The notes under the pieces are model-generated. The model made no database searches and was not told the origin of the DNA. It was given only the letters and a program-made list of their open reading frames with translations. From positions 62,001-126,000 of the forward strand of contig QPMI01000178.1 in NCBI GenBank assembly GCA_004431415.1: a DNA stretch of 64,000 nt, read 5' to 3'. Shown piece by piece: positions 38,459-50,400 of this stretch (its first letter is position 1; each line of letters starts with the position of its first letter). Both the position numbers and the translations under genes were made by a program. The DNA comes from Cyanophora paradoxa CCMP329. Its lineage: Eukaryota; Plantae; Glaucophyta.

Positions 38459-39740
38459 ATTTCATCCCGCACCTTGATTGATACGATCCAACCTTCATCC
38501 TGCCGCACGCATTGCAATTGGTGCTCCCTCGTTTGTTTTACAAGTATGTCGGAGTTACGGAAACAAAGCGAACCAGAACATGATTGTGAAGTCCGAGCCC
38601 ACGGCAAAGTTTAGATTCACATAACCTACGATTCAAGGGTTCGTATTTCGATCAGCTCGTCCTCCGCTCTAGATCTACGGCACGCAAAAATATGAACCTC
38701 CGTTGAAATACGCGGCTGCAATTGAAGGGAGGTCATGCGGGCGCGAGAAGGACTTGGAACTGCTTATCAATATATGCAAGTGCATGCGCACCTCGGGCTG
38801 GCGGTGCCAGTGCGTTCGCGCCAGATTGAAGAAAGACAATGTACATCGCCAGAAGCGAAAAACGAATCAGCGCCTCGCGCGGTGCTCGCCCAGGCCGTCG
38901 AGGTCGTTTATAATTGCGCTCGCGACTCGGGCGAGATATCGAAGGCTCCAGCACACCCGTTTTCAGGGGCGGAGCGCTCGCGCTCCTCTGAAGCTTTCCA
39001 GATCCGTCGCACTGCAGCTGGCAGGCACAGCGAGGCTTCGATCGATATCCCTGTGGCTGCTGTTCACTATGTGCAAGGTTGTGGTTGAAATGGCCAGTAC
39101 CGAGTGGATATAAACCACGGTATGCGCACGTGCATGTGCCTGTGCATATGCATGTGGAAAAGCCCCAACGAACTGCAGCTGCTCCGCATGCGCAGCTTGA
39201 GTGCTGCTGCATGCGCGGGCAGCGCAGCTGCTCATGCTTGCCCTGCTCCCGCACGCTGCGCGCTGCCAGGGCTGTGTCTTCGCTGTGCATATGTCTGTGC
39301 ATACGTATATGCAATATGTATGTATACTGCTGGAAAATGCGCCGACCGTCGGACGTCGGCGCTAGATCGGAGCGTGCAGGACAAAGCAATGCGCAAGTGC
39401 ACCCCGGCCCCCGGGCTGCAAAAAGCGCGCTCTAGATCTCGACTTACCCTATGCCTATAGCTATAGCTAGTCGAATCGGCGACTGCTGCTGACGCTGCAA
39501 GCTTTGCTGTGTCCTTGGCTGATCATGAGACTCTCGACAGCCTGAGAGTCGTGCGCGTGCACATGTACAGAGCTTGCGCTACCTCTGCATATGCATCACC
39601 GATGTGATCATGAAACCAGACCTAGGAGCTCGAGGTCGATCGTTACGCGCGCGTGCCGATGTCAACGTTCGGCTAGCGCTAGGTGCGCGCTAGCTCTAGG
39701 CGCCGTAGTAGGCGGACGCGGCCCGCCGCAGCGCGGCAAC

Positions 39741-39791
39741 GTCCGACGGTCCGGCCGCGGGGTCCGACGGTCACCAGGTCGACCGTCGGAC
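39741..39791. promoter_or_regulatory. Cluster of three GTCCGACGGTC/GACCGTCGGAC motifs, candidate cis-element
   Basis: Exact copies at 39741, 39762 and 39781 (reverse). The same 11-mer recurs in other intergenic regions. Confidence 0.4.
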
Positions 39792-40051
39792 GTCCGGGTC
39801 TGCTCAGACTCTGCTGCAGCCTCTAGCTGTGCGCTCACTGCGCTGCGCATGCATGGCCGTGCACGGCGTGCAGCAAGCTTGGCCCGGGGGCCGGGGCCCG
39901 CCGCCGGCCCGGTAGTGGGCCGGTACCGTAACTACCGCTACTACCCGGTACCGTAGAACCGGCAAGCTTCGCCAAGCTTGAACTTCGGAAGTGATCTTGA
40001 AGTGACTCAGTGAGCCAAGCTCATCAGCTTAAGCCTTGAAGCTTGGACCTA

Positions 40052-40533
40052 GGGCACTGGCCAGCGGCCCGGCCGAACAGCTGGCTGGCTGGTTTTGGAC
40101 CTTTAGGCTGGCCCAGCCGCCCGATTTGTTGACCAGCCGGGCCAGCCCTTTTCGGCTTTATCGGGCGGCCATCCGGTCGGCGACACTGGCTGGGGGGTCG
40201 GCTCCAGGCTAGGAGTGGGGCTTGAGGGGGTGGCTTGATTAGATCTACTGCTTACATTCTTACTGTGCACAATAAAACAGTTATAAAATCGTTTCTAAGA
40301 CACCAAGTTCATTTAACAACGGGGGCTCTGCGGCTGGTCGGCTGGCCAGCTGGCCTAGCCGAATTCGAATCTTCGGCTCGCAGCTGGAGGCTGGTTGCCA
40401 TGGCCAGCTGGCCGGCCAAGTTTTGGCTGGAAGCTGGCGGCCAGCCCCGGGCCGCTGGCAAGGCTTCGTCGGCTTGGGCTGGCCCGGCGGCCCGCTGGCC
40501 GAAGGGAGACCAGGCTGGCCATGGCCAGTGCCC
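40052..40533. mobile_element. MITE-like element, 12-bp TIR GGGCACTGGCCA, flanked by TA
   Basis: TA|GGGCACTGGCCA ... TGGCCAGTGCCC|TA. Interior is rich in GGCCAGC/GCTGGCC motifs. A related degenerate end lies at 45609. Confidence 0.6.
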
Positions 40534-41119
40534 TACTTGGACCCGGCCGCCGAACCAGTGAGGCGGCACTGAGGCCTACGACTCGGCTTAGAGTCGGCTA
40601 CGAGGCTAGGAGCCTGCTACTAGCCTGCTAGGTACCGCCAGAGGGCTTCCGGGCCGTTCCGGCCGCTCCGGCGGGAGGAGGCGGCGGCGCCGGCGCGGCG
40701 GCGCCGGGCCGCCGGCGAGTTACCGGTACCTAGCCCACTACCAAGTACCGCCGGACGGCCGAAAAATGATTCAAATGAAATGAAACCGGTGCAGGATGAG
40801 AAAAAACCATCATATGCATATGCAAAAAACAGGGGTTCGAAAAGCTCGTGCCGGGCCCGCGGGCCGCGGCCCGGCCCGCCGGGCCTGGCCGGGCTGGCCC
40901 CCGCCCGGGTCGGCGGCCCGGCGGCGGGCGGCCGCGGGGGCCGCCCGGGGGCGGCCCGCGCGGGGCCGACAGATCTAGAGTCCCAGCCTGGCAGCCTCCC
41001 AGCCTGAGTCCCAGGCCTAGGGCCGGCGCATGCAACCCAGCCTGCAGCTGCGGGGCGGCAGCTGCAGCGCGGGGCGCGCCGCGCCGCGCCCCTGCAGCGA
41101 GCCTACTAGGCTAGGCCTC

Positions 41120-42006
41120 GGAGCGCCCGCCCAACGGCGTGCGCGCAGGCCTGGTGGTCGCGATCGTTTCGAGCGCGGACCGCAACGCCGTGGACCGATG
41201 CGTGGAGATGCTGCAGCCAGAGCGGCTCCCGCCCCTCTTCCAGCAGCAGGCGCCGGCCCCGCCCCGCTCAGGGCGCCGCGCCGCCCCGCGCTGAAACGCA
41301 AGCGCGCGCGTGGCGGTGGCAGGTGATCGAGCCGAAGCCGCTGGCTGCCTACGTCCTCCTGCACGACCCGTCGGACCCGGCGTGCTCGTCTAATTATATA
41401 AGTGCCCCCCGCCCCTCCGCCCCGGCCCGGCCCCCGCGGCCGCCCGCTCGCGCCCTGTTCCGCCGCCACCGACGCCGACTCTGCCCTGGGGGTTCGCAGA
41501 TCTTGGCCGCGTGGCGCGGCTTCAAGAACCAGCAGCACTTCAAGTCGTGGTTCGCCGCCGGGCGCAAGGTCCGCTGCCCTAGGCTTCCCTTAACAACCAG
41601 CACCCCTCAGCAATCCCCATACCCCTCTCCACAGTGCCCCACGGACGCGCGCGAGGGCGTGATCGAGCCCCCCGCCGGCTCCAGCGATCCCCCCCGGTGC
41701 GCCGCGAGGGGTACCGTGTTCCGCGTCATGTACCTTTTTTTCTGATGCAGTACCCCTCTCAGGTACCTCCACAACTCCGTCGAGCGGCAAATGCGCGTCG
41801 TCGGCGACCTGGTCTTCCAGGTATCCCCCCTGCCTCGCATCCGCCCGGTCCCATACCGGCCCCGCCGGTTCGAGGGCGTACCCATCCCCCGCAGCTGGGT
41901 GATTACGAGACGGCGCTGACGCACTTCCGCCTCTCGGCCGCCGACTTTAAGCAGGACAAGGTGGGACCCCCTTCCTTCCCCCCCCCCCCCGCCTGTTCCG
42001 AGGGAG
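41120..42006 (+). pseudogene. TRAPPC8: Internally deleted fragment copy of TRAPPC8 (parent ~51970-53290), introns retained
   Basis: Matches parent ~51970-52298 joined to ~52736-53290. Contains small insertions and many transitions. No start codon or 3' part. Confidence 0.9.
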
Positions 42007-42420
42007 TTGCTTCCAGGTATGCCCCCCCCCCCCTGCCTCGCACCCGCCCGGTCCCCCCCCCCGGTTCTGCTCTAATCTTCTCTCTCCTCCGCAAATCAAG
42101 GTTGGGGCAGCAACGTGTATACCTATACGCAAATCAATTCATAGTTGATGATATCGATTGAGCGAAATTAATTATGTCGAAACGGACCGAAAAGCTACTC
42201 GAGCTCTGATTACAATTCTATCGCAATTCGCTAAAGAGCTCATCTGTATTCGAAAGAATGGGCTTCGAGAATGCTGCGATAGCGTGCACGTGCACGTGGG
42301 CTGGAGACGCTATAGCTAAGAGCTAATATTATGAGAGCCGTAAAACTACCAAGCTTGAAGGTGACAATTTATTCGCCTAATTCCGAAGTTCTAAGCAATC
42401 GAGGGCGATCAACTTCATGA

Positions 42421-44334
42421 TCAAGAGCGACGGACGAAGGCCGCGGCAGCAGCAGTGCATGCGAGGGCGGCCAAAGTGGCCCAGACAGACATGCCAGCGG
42501 CCGAGAAGGTGGGCGAGCTCGCCGAGAATGCTGGGACGTTCACCGTCGCAGCGGTCGACGTCGGCGTCCATTGGAATGCGTTCGCAAGGGTAAAGTCCTG
42601 CGGTTGTTTTAGGAAAGGGCTTCAAAGCGTGCACGTGCGAGAAGTGCTTTTACCTGGAATGCGCCTGAAACGCTCTTGATTTGGAGGTTATAGCCAGTGC
42701 CCTGAGCGAATTGAAGTAGTTCGCGCTTCGAATTCGTCTGCCGGTTGCAGTTCGCAGAAAACGGCGGCACGCCTGCCGACGTGGCACGGTAGCCGAGCCA
42801 TTTGCATCAGAGGCAGATGCGGAATGAGGTCCCGAGAGAAAAACGTGAACGCACGGAAGGCGATTTCAGTGCTGGAAACGATTCGCGGGTTCAGGGCAGG
42901 GCAGGACAAGCCGGTGGACGAGACGATAAGGATTGTGATGGGCTCTCCCACGGGAAAGCCTTCGCCAAAGAGCGAGACCTCTCCACCCGTCTGCGGTGCG
43001 AAAATAATTATGATCAGTTGTAAGTAGTCATTAATATATAGCGATTTATTCTCCAGCGCAAAAAGCTGCAATGCGCGCCGCAGGAGCTTGAATTACGGGG
43101 CGATCGAGTTTCGCGGTGTTGGTCTCATCGAACTGGAGAGCGACTCCCGGCACGCCGGCGCTGATGCCCTGAACGATGATGCGCGTGATGTTGATTTTCT
43201 GGCGCATCGTATAAGTATATATATTCAGCATGGAAAACACCACATTGTAATTGTGCAGATACAGACCTTGTGGATGGCGGGAACCGGCTTGGCAGTCGGC
43301 GTGGGAGCCGCGGCCGAAGCCGGCATTGTTGGGGTCGGCGCGGGAGGGCTGCTCGTGCTGGGCGATATCGACGGCGACGGGGTCGCACTGTCGATGGCCG
43401 GCGTGGATGGCGACGGCGACGGGGTCGCACTGTCCGGCGTGGAGGGCGCCGGCGTCGGCGTCACACTGTCCGGCGTGGAGGGCGCCGGCGTCGGCGTTGC
43501 ACTGTCCGGCGTGGAGGATGACGGGCTCGGGCTCGGGCTCGGGCTGGGCGACGGTGACGGCGACGCCGTCTCCGAACTGACGCACACATTGCTGACGTTG
43601 ACGAGCGGCTCCAGGCAGCGGCAGCTGGGTCGCTTTTCGGTGTCCAGAAGGCGCCGCACGGCATTGTAGACTCCGGGAGTGAAGGTGAAGTCGGTGATTA
43701 TCTCCTGGTTGGCGGTGCAGTTGCTCTTGAGGCACTGCTCTCGCCCATTGTGCGCGACAAAGGTGCCATCGGTGCACGTGAAGCAGTAGTCGCCGTTTGA
43801 AGCACCGTTCACATCGTACTTGTACTCCCGGTCGGCGCACGCGCGAGTAGTAGCCTCCCCAGGAGCCTTATTGGCGATCGATGTTGCGGTGACGAACTCG
43901 CGCGTGCGGGATGATCGCTGTTTGGGGCGCGAGGCGACGTCGACGGTCGCGTCTGGTTGCGAGTTCATGATCAAAAAGAGGAATTTCGAATTTCATGGAA
44001 GTATAATTTGTATAAATGCATGTCACGCACGCGGCGCCTTTGCAGGCACATCGCGATCGAAGACCGCTGTAACGCCCGAGCTCGCATGCGGAACGACGTG
44101 CACGTTCACACCCGTGAACTCCGACGAGCTTCTGTCGACGTCGATAACGCATTTCGGGTGCTGGAACCCTACCGCCGCGTCACTAGTACTGCTCGGGACG
44201 GTGGATGCGGCAGACAGCAGCCCCAGCTGCAGCAAAGCTGCTAACAGTAAGAATACAGCCACAGCACTGGTGGAGCAAGTTGCCGCTCGTGCAGACTCTC
44301 TCTGAGAAGCGTTCGGCGGCCGCGGATGCATCAT
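42421..44334 (-). CDS. Secreted or GPI-type surface protein: signal peptide, Cys-containing domain, Pro/Ser/Thr mucin-like repeats, IPT/TIG-like domain, hydrophobic C-terminus
   Basis: N-terminal AVAVFLLLAALLQLGLLSAAS; SPSPSP and TPDSATPTPAPS repeats; GGEVSLFGEGF...RIVSSTEIAF (IPT-like); ends VWATLAALACTAAAAAFVRRS* (TGA at 42421-42423). Confidence 0.65.
43385..43520. repeat. Coding 36-bp tandem repeat (~3.5 copies) encoding TPDSATPTPAPS
   Basis: Unit GCACTGTCCGGCGTGGAGGGCGCCGGCGTCGGCGTC at ~43427, 43463 and 43499, plus a variant at ~43385. Confidence 0.85.
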
Positions 44335-44493
44335 CTTTGAGGTCAAAGCTCGCATACTGGGGTGTATAACTGCAGCTACGCGCTTTCTTTTGAACTTGCA
44401 ATTGGCATGCGCATGCGCAACTTTCGGCCGCCCGCCGCCTGGGCCCCGGGATCGAGCTCCCGGCTCCTTAGTAGTACCGCCGCACTACCGCGG

Positions 44494-44504
44494 GTCCGAC
44501 GGTC
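44494..44504. promoter_or_regulatory. GTCCGACGGTC motif ~160 bp upstream of the 44334 start codon
   Basis: Exact match to the recurrent intergenic 11-mer. Confidence 0.35.
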
Positions 44505-45204
44505 CCACCGTCACCGGGAATATTAATGGTCCGACCCGTCGACGTCCGGCCTGGATCCGAAGTTGCGCCCGGTGCGGCGGTGCCCAGGTAGCCCATGGCC
44601 AGCACTGCCCAGTGCCCAGTGCCCGGCGGCCCACTGCCCAGCAGCCAACTGGCAGCTGCCAGCTGCAGGCACTGCGCATGCACATGTACAGCTGCAGTGA
44701 CTGCAGCACTCTGGCACTGCGCGGCGCCGGCGTGACGCCGGCGTCCCCCCGGCTCCCCCGGGTCCGCGCGGCCGGACCCGGGAGCCGCCGGACCGCGCCG
44801 GCAGTTCCGAAGTTCCAGCTGCAGCCTGCAGGCTGCAGCCTGCAATGGCCCTGCATGCACTGGCCGGGTCTGGCCCTGCAGCCTGCTGCTGCTGAGCCTG
44901 CAGGCTGCAGGCTGCAGCTGCCGCGCGCAGTACGTATACTGTAAGGCTATTATGTTAGACGGGCAGAAAGTTAGACGCGGCCGGATAGACGAGATAGACA
45001 CGGATAGAACCATCTCGTTCTAAAGAGGGTATACCATAGTACCGCTTGTATGGAGCGAGTCCGAGCGACCAGCAGTTCGTCAAAACTTTGCCACGTCTAT
45101 ATATTGTGGTGGGTGGGCAAACCCAGCCTTACTTCGGACTCTCTCGAATCTCGAATCTCGATCCAGGAATTCGAAGAGAAACCGGAACTCCGCATCATCG
45201 CATA

Positions 45205-45444
45205 CTGTAGAACTAGAAATATTTAGTGGGCTGCATATTTATAGTACTAAAAGTTTTTGGGCGATCTACTAAATATTTCTCGCCTGCTAAAGCCGAGAAT
45301 TTGTAGGGGTAGCCCCGTCTCCGCCATACAAAAGCCCTGCGAAGGCTGCATGACCTACTAAACATTTACCAGCTGCTAAAGTGGCAGTTTTGGCGAAGTA
45401 CTAATTATTTTCCTGTACTAAATTAACTAGTTCTACATGTACAG
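45205..45444. mobile_element. MITE family A (CTGTAGAACT termini, TA flanks, iterated T(A/G)CTAAA), copy 1
   Basis: TA|CTGTAGAACTAG ... CTAGTTCTACA[TGTACA]G|TA. Highly similar to the reverse complement of 62233-62473. Confidence 0.85.
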
Positions 45445-45608
45445 TACTAGTATGCCATGATGCATGCAGAGTCGTTGCAGACTGGCATGCAGATCTGGAG
45501 TCATTGCAGACTGATGCAGTAGCACTGGCAAGTTGTGGCAACCAGTCACTGAGTCATGTTATCATTATCGTCATCATGGCATGCGCTGTGGCATGCACTG
45601 CGGGAGTA

Positions 45609-45920
45609 GGGCACACCTGGGCACTGGCCGGCGGCAAAGCCGGCTAGCTCGCCGGCCAGTTTGGGCCAGGGGGCGACGGGCTAGGCGGCCGAAACCCTGG
45701 CTTGCCAAGGGGTTTTGCCGGCTTTCCATGGCTTGCCTTCCAAGTCATCAAGCCCCGGGCTTGCAATCGAGCCAGCGAACGAAAATTTGGTGAAGTTAGC
45801 GCGAGCCGCACCAAGCCAGATCAAGCCGCGCTGGCCACGGGTACCATAGTAACTGGCAAGCCGCTGCCAAGCCAGCCGAAATTTTGGAGCCGCCTAGCCG
45901 CTAGGGCCAGCCCCGGTGCA
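45609..45920. mobile_element. Degenerate relative of the GGGCACTGGCC-ended element
   Basis: TA|GGGCAC-ACCT-GGGCACTGGCC left end; CAAGCC/GGCTTG-rich interior; only a weak right end (GGCCAGCCCCGGTGC). Confidence 0.3.
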
Positions 45921-46826
45921 AGGACTTGAGGACTAATCTGTTCAACCGTTGAACGTCAACGGTTAGTAAAAGTTAATTAAACCGGAATTCGAAGAGAAAC
46001 CGCGCGGCCGGAAGTTCCGGAAGTTGAACCGGAACTCCGCAGTGTCCGGCGCCGGACCAGCGGATCCCGAATCCGGATCCGGAGTCGACGTCCGGAGTCC
46101 AGACTCCGGACTGCACACGTCCCACAGCTCGTTTTTTTTACCGGTCGACCCAACACGGCGAGTATATATATCCGGTTTTCCTTAAAATTCCCCGCGGGTA
46201 TTTGGAATTCCCCGTATGTCACACAGTCACGTGCACACTCAGTGACTGTGACTGTCTGCAGCTGACGCCGCCTGACGGTCACTGGGTCCGGACTCCGGAT
46301 CATCGGGTCGATATTACCGGTACTACGTATACGGAAGCCCGGCGGTACCCGGTACTACTGGGCCGGTAGGTCCGGTTACTTTGTTAGACTCCGGTACTAG
46401 TATCCGCCGGTCACGTGCACGGCGCAGTGAGTAGTACTGAGTACTAGTGAGTAGTAGTAACTTTACTAGTGAGTCCCTAGTGACTCATGATCAACAAGTG
46501 ACTACTACTGACTAGTAGTGAAAAACACTATATACCAGTGACTTGGTTTTTTTTATTTTGCGGTGAATTACCGGCCACAAATCGACCGGACACCGCCGTC
46601 ACACCGGACGTCGACCGGGCGTTGGGGCCGGGCGGCCCGGCCCCGGGCCGGGCCGGCCGGGCCCCACAAATATCATTTTAATGCAGCCGCTGACTCGCGC
46701 TGAGCCTCCAGTCAATTTAAGCAGTCCAAGACTCCAAGTTGAACGGTACAACAGACTACAGTCTAGCTGATCATGAGTCTACAGTCAACTGTCTACATAC
46801 AGACTCTACAGAGTCAGAACAGTATA

Positions 46827-47049
46827 CGTAGGACGACTTAAATTGCCGCGAAGTAAAATTGCCGAATTCGCCCAAAACCGGAATATTGCCGTGGCGATAA
46901 ATTGCCGAATTCAGCTGCAGGCTTTCGCTCTATGGCGGCCTAAGAAAACCCCTACCCCAAGCAACATTGCCGATGCTTAGGATTTCCGAATTCGGCCTCT
47001 CAGCAATTCACGACTATTTAAAACTACGTCTAAAAAAGCCGTCCTACAG
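46827..47049. mobile_element. MITE family B (CTGTAGGA termini, TA flanks, iterated AATTGCCG), diverged copy
   Basis: Collinear with 61215-61439. Ends TA|CGTAGGACGACTT and AAGCCGTCCTACAG|TA. Confidence 0.8.
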
Positions 47050-47238
47050 TACCACACTGTCTACACAGTCTAGTAGTGTCACACACTGTAGTACTTAGTA
47101 CTAGTACTGGTAGTACACAGTCTACAGTGACTCTACACTGCAGTGACTGGTAAGTTCGCCGGACCTCCGGCGTACCCCTGTGTAAGCCGCCCGGCACTGG
47201 CCCGGCGCCGGCAGCGCGCCCGCAAGCACCGCGCGGGC

Positions 47239-47264
47239 GTCCGACGGTCGCGCGTCCGACGGTC
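47239..47264. promoter_or_regulatory. Tandem GTCCGACGGTC motifs ~190 bp upstream of the 47451 start codon
   Basis: Exact copies at 47239-47249 and 47254-47264. Confidence 0.4.
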
Positions 47265-47450
47265 ACGGCCGCGGGCGTGCGCATGTGCGCACTGCGCATG
47301 CGCAAGCAGCACCAGACAGCTCATAGCATCATCGGCAGCACCAGACAGCTCATCATAGCTCATAGACAGCTCGATCGCGAAGGACTCAGGGCCGACTTTA
47401 TCACAGAGCCGCGCGCCCAGCTTAGCTTTCCTCGCGGGAGCGCAGCTGTC

Positions 47451-50400
47451 ATGGCCGCAGCTGTCAGCCGACACAAATGTCGAAACCGATGTCAGCTGCA
47501 GCCGAATGTATTTCTTTTTGTTTTGGCATTCCAGTCTGTCGCAATCATGATCAGCGCGCGGGCTTTGCATCCTGAATCAGCTGCAGCTGCGCATGCAGAC
47601 TCCTGGAGCGCAGCGGACGGGGGCAGAGAGCTGCACGCTATGGCTAGAGGCGCTGGAGCTTACACGTCTAAGTTTAGGTATGACCAGCTCGACGATGATC
47701 ATGAGCACGACCACGCGCACGCGGAATCGATATCCTCTGGCGTGGGCAAGCACGGAGGACCGTATGAGCAGCCGGAGGTGAACCGACTGTATGCATGCAG
47801 GCTTTGTTACCGGCCTGCTCGAGATGAGCACAGTTCGCGCATGCGCAGTTGATCCGAGATCTGCTCGCGGCGAGCGACGTGAAGTTTCTAACGGATCTAC
47901 ACGACCAGCACAGGAATCCGTTTCTGTACTTGCACCCGCACGGTCTGTCCGGGACCCGCGTGGATTCAAGAACAGAGCGTATGGGCGAGAGCGTTTTTAA
48001 CGCATGCATATGCATATGGCGCAGAGCTTGAGAAAGGCAGTCGGTTGAGGTCGATCGTGGAGAAGATTATGAATCGCCTGGGCCCCTCTTATTCGTACGA
48101 AGATCTCCTCTCTGATGGCGTTCGCATTTTCCTGTGCGCAGCAGAGCATTAATATTTCTTCGTTCAGTTTAATTAGATGCGAGGCCTGGACCTGACCTTG
48201 CAATTGCTCTTTCAAACGCAGATACGATCCCCAGAATGAAACCGGCAGAACAGTGTTCGCTAACGACTACCACAACGACGCGTGCGCACCCTATCGCCTC
48301 TGCATCCGCGCATCCCCCCCTTCGGCCTTCCTGCCAGCCCCCTCTCGTTCTCCTCCCCCCGCTTTTTTTTACCTCTTTCAACCTTCTTCTGATTTCCAGC
48401 CCCGCCAACGTTGTGCACGCTTGCGCAGATGTTGCCTCGAGGACTGCGGTAACTGGTATAAAACGTGCGTCTATGGTATTTATTATAATTAGAAAAACTT
48501 GGATTTTGAGCTTGATCATGACCGACTCAGATACAACGATGGCCGTCAGAGGCGATCGGGCATGGTAGTTTATCTTAACAGTGGATCTGAGTACGAGGGA
48601 GGGTTCACTGAATTTGTGGTTCGCTCCGATATCGATCGCGACTGCATCTAGATCTCCGGCTTCTCTCAATATGATCATGACCTCCCTCTCTAAGAACCTA
48701 GGATTGGAGATCAAGGGGCCCACGGGCTGGGCAGTGAAGTTTGATTTGCTGCGGAACAACTCCCTCTTCTGTCACGACTTTGCCGTTCACCGGGCTGGTC
48801 AGACAATTAGCGGCCGGCGACGGTTCGAGATGCCTGCGCATGCGCCCCTCATTCCGACGTCGGTGTGCGAGTTGCACTTGCCCACGACCGTTGACCGGGC
48901 TTGCGCAGGGTTATGACGTTCTTCATCAATGCCCCTTACGACTGGATGGAGTCGCGTGCCGGCCCGCTGGGCTACGACAGAGCCCGCGCGAACGAAATTC
49001 GAAGCCGATTCCAGGAAATGCATGCTTCGAATTCAGCCTCTGGTATCAATGCTGGGGTACCGGTGCCACAATTTGACGTCGACATCAAAGTCAACGAAGA
49101 CCGATTCGACTACGGTTCCGTGCGACCGGAGGTAGGCATTGCGATCGTTTGCGCAAGGCACCGTGCACGTGCACGTGGCACTGCTGCTGCTTGAATATAA
49201 TTAATATTACATATATAATTATATCTTACGTACCCTTTCGTTTTCTGCGGAACAGATTTGGCCCGCATTGAGCGAGCAGCAAGTCAAACATCTGACTGAC
49301 GCCTTGTACCAAGGCGACGACGAAAGCTTGACGCTGTTCAGAAAGGACGTTAACCCGCACGGTACCCAGCTTCCGAGTTCACTGGCGCTGGCGCCGGCAT
49401 GGACTTGCATTCACAGCTGATGCATCGCGATCACAGATGTGGACTTGGATCGAGGAGTACGTGAGGCTTTTGAGGCTGTGGTGCAAAGGCTGGGACCCTC
49501 GTACTCTTATGGTGACCTTTTCACTGCGAGATTCTACTCGTGCGTGCTGTGCATGTGTTCGTTCAAATTCGCACTGCCACGAGCAGCGCTATCGCTAGCG
49601 CTAGTTACTCATAATCATGGTCAATCCCTGCGCGATGTTAACGTTTTCCCTGGCAGACGTCGACCGGCGGCACCAGCTGCAACCGCTCTGCCCTTTTGCA
49701 AAGAGGAGTTTCACATCGATGCATGCTGCTTGGATGATTGCGCTGCATGGTACAGAGAGTGCGCCTGTGCCTGGACAAATTTCCCTGAATCGATATCAGA
49801 GCTGTCCTCTAGATCTAGATCTGGATCTGGATCTGAGAGATTCGCAGACACGGCCAAGGCCGGCAGAGGAGGAGTCAGGTCATCGTTTGGCTGAACAGCG
49901 CCTTTGAATACGAAGGGGGGCACTCGTCGTTTGACGTGAGCGTTCGCGAGTCGACGTCTAAATCTTGGACTCTTCCTGTCGAATCCCCAGATCGATATAT
50001 ATCGATCTGCAGCTGGGGCCACTAATTAAATATAAATGGCTGACTTCATCTTCTCCTCAGAACCTGGGCCTGCACGTCAAGGGCCCCGCGGGAACGGCCC
50101 TCAAATTCGATCTCCTCCAGAACGGCACGCTCCTCTGCGACGACTTCGCGATCCACCGCGAGGCGCCCGTGACGCAGGGTGTAAAGCGGTCCGTGTTGCC
50201 ATTGGCTCAGCTCCGCATCCCGCAACTGCCCTTGAATCGTTCTTCTGCTCTTTCTGCTTAGGATTCTGCTTCTATGGATGCTCGCTCCGCTTGAGTGGAT
50301 GGAGACGCTGAAAGGGCCGTCGGGATACGACCCAGCTTTTGCTCGAGCGAACTAGATCTGTACATATGTCACCAATCGTATATATGCAAAGCAAGCGACT

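Noticed and set aside
44400-47310. TGCGCATGCGCA (NRF1-like) motifs upstream of genes
   Set aside because: Indistinguishable from the pervasive palindromic stutter, and also found in introns.
38300-47400. Autonomous transposase, reverse transcriptase or viral genes in the repeat-rich intergenic zones
   Set aside because: No DDE, RT, integrase or capsid motifs were recognisable in any ORF.
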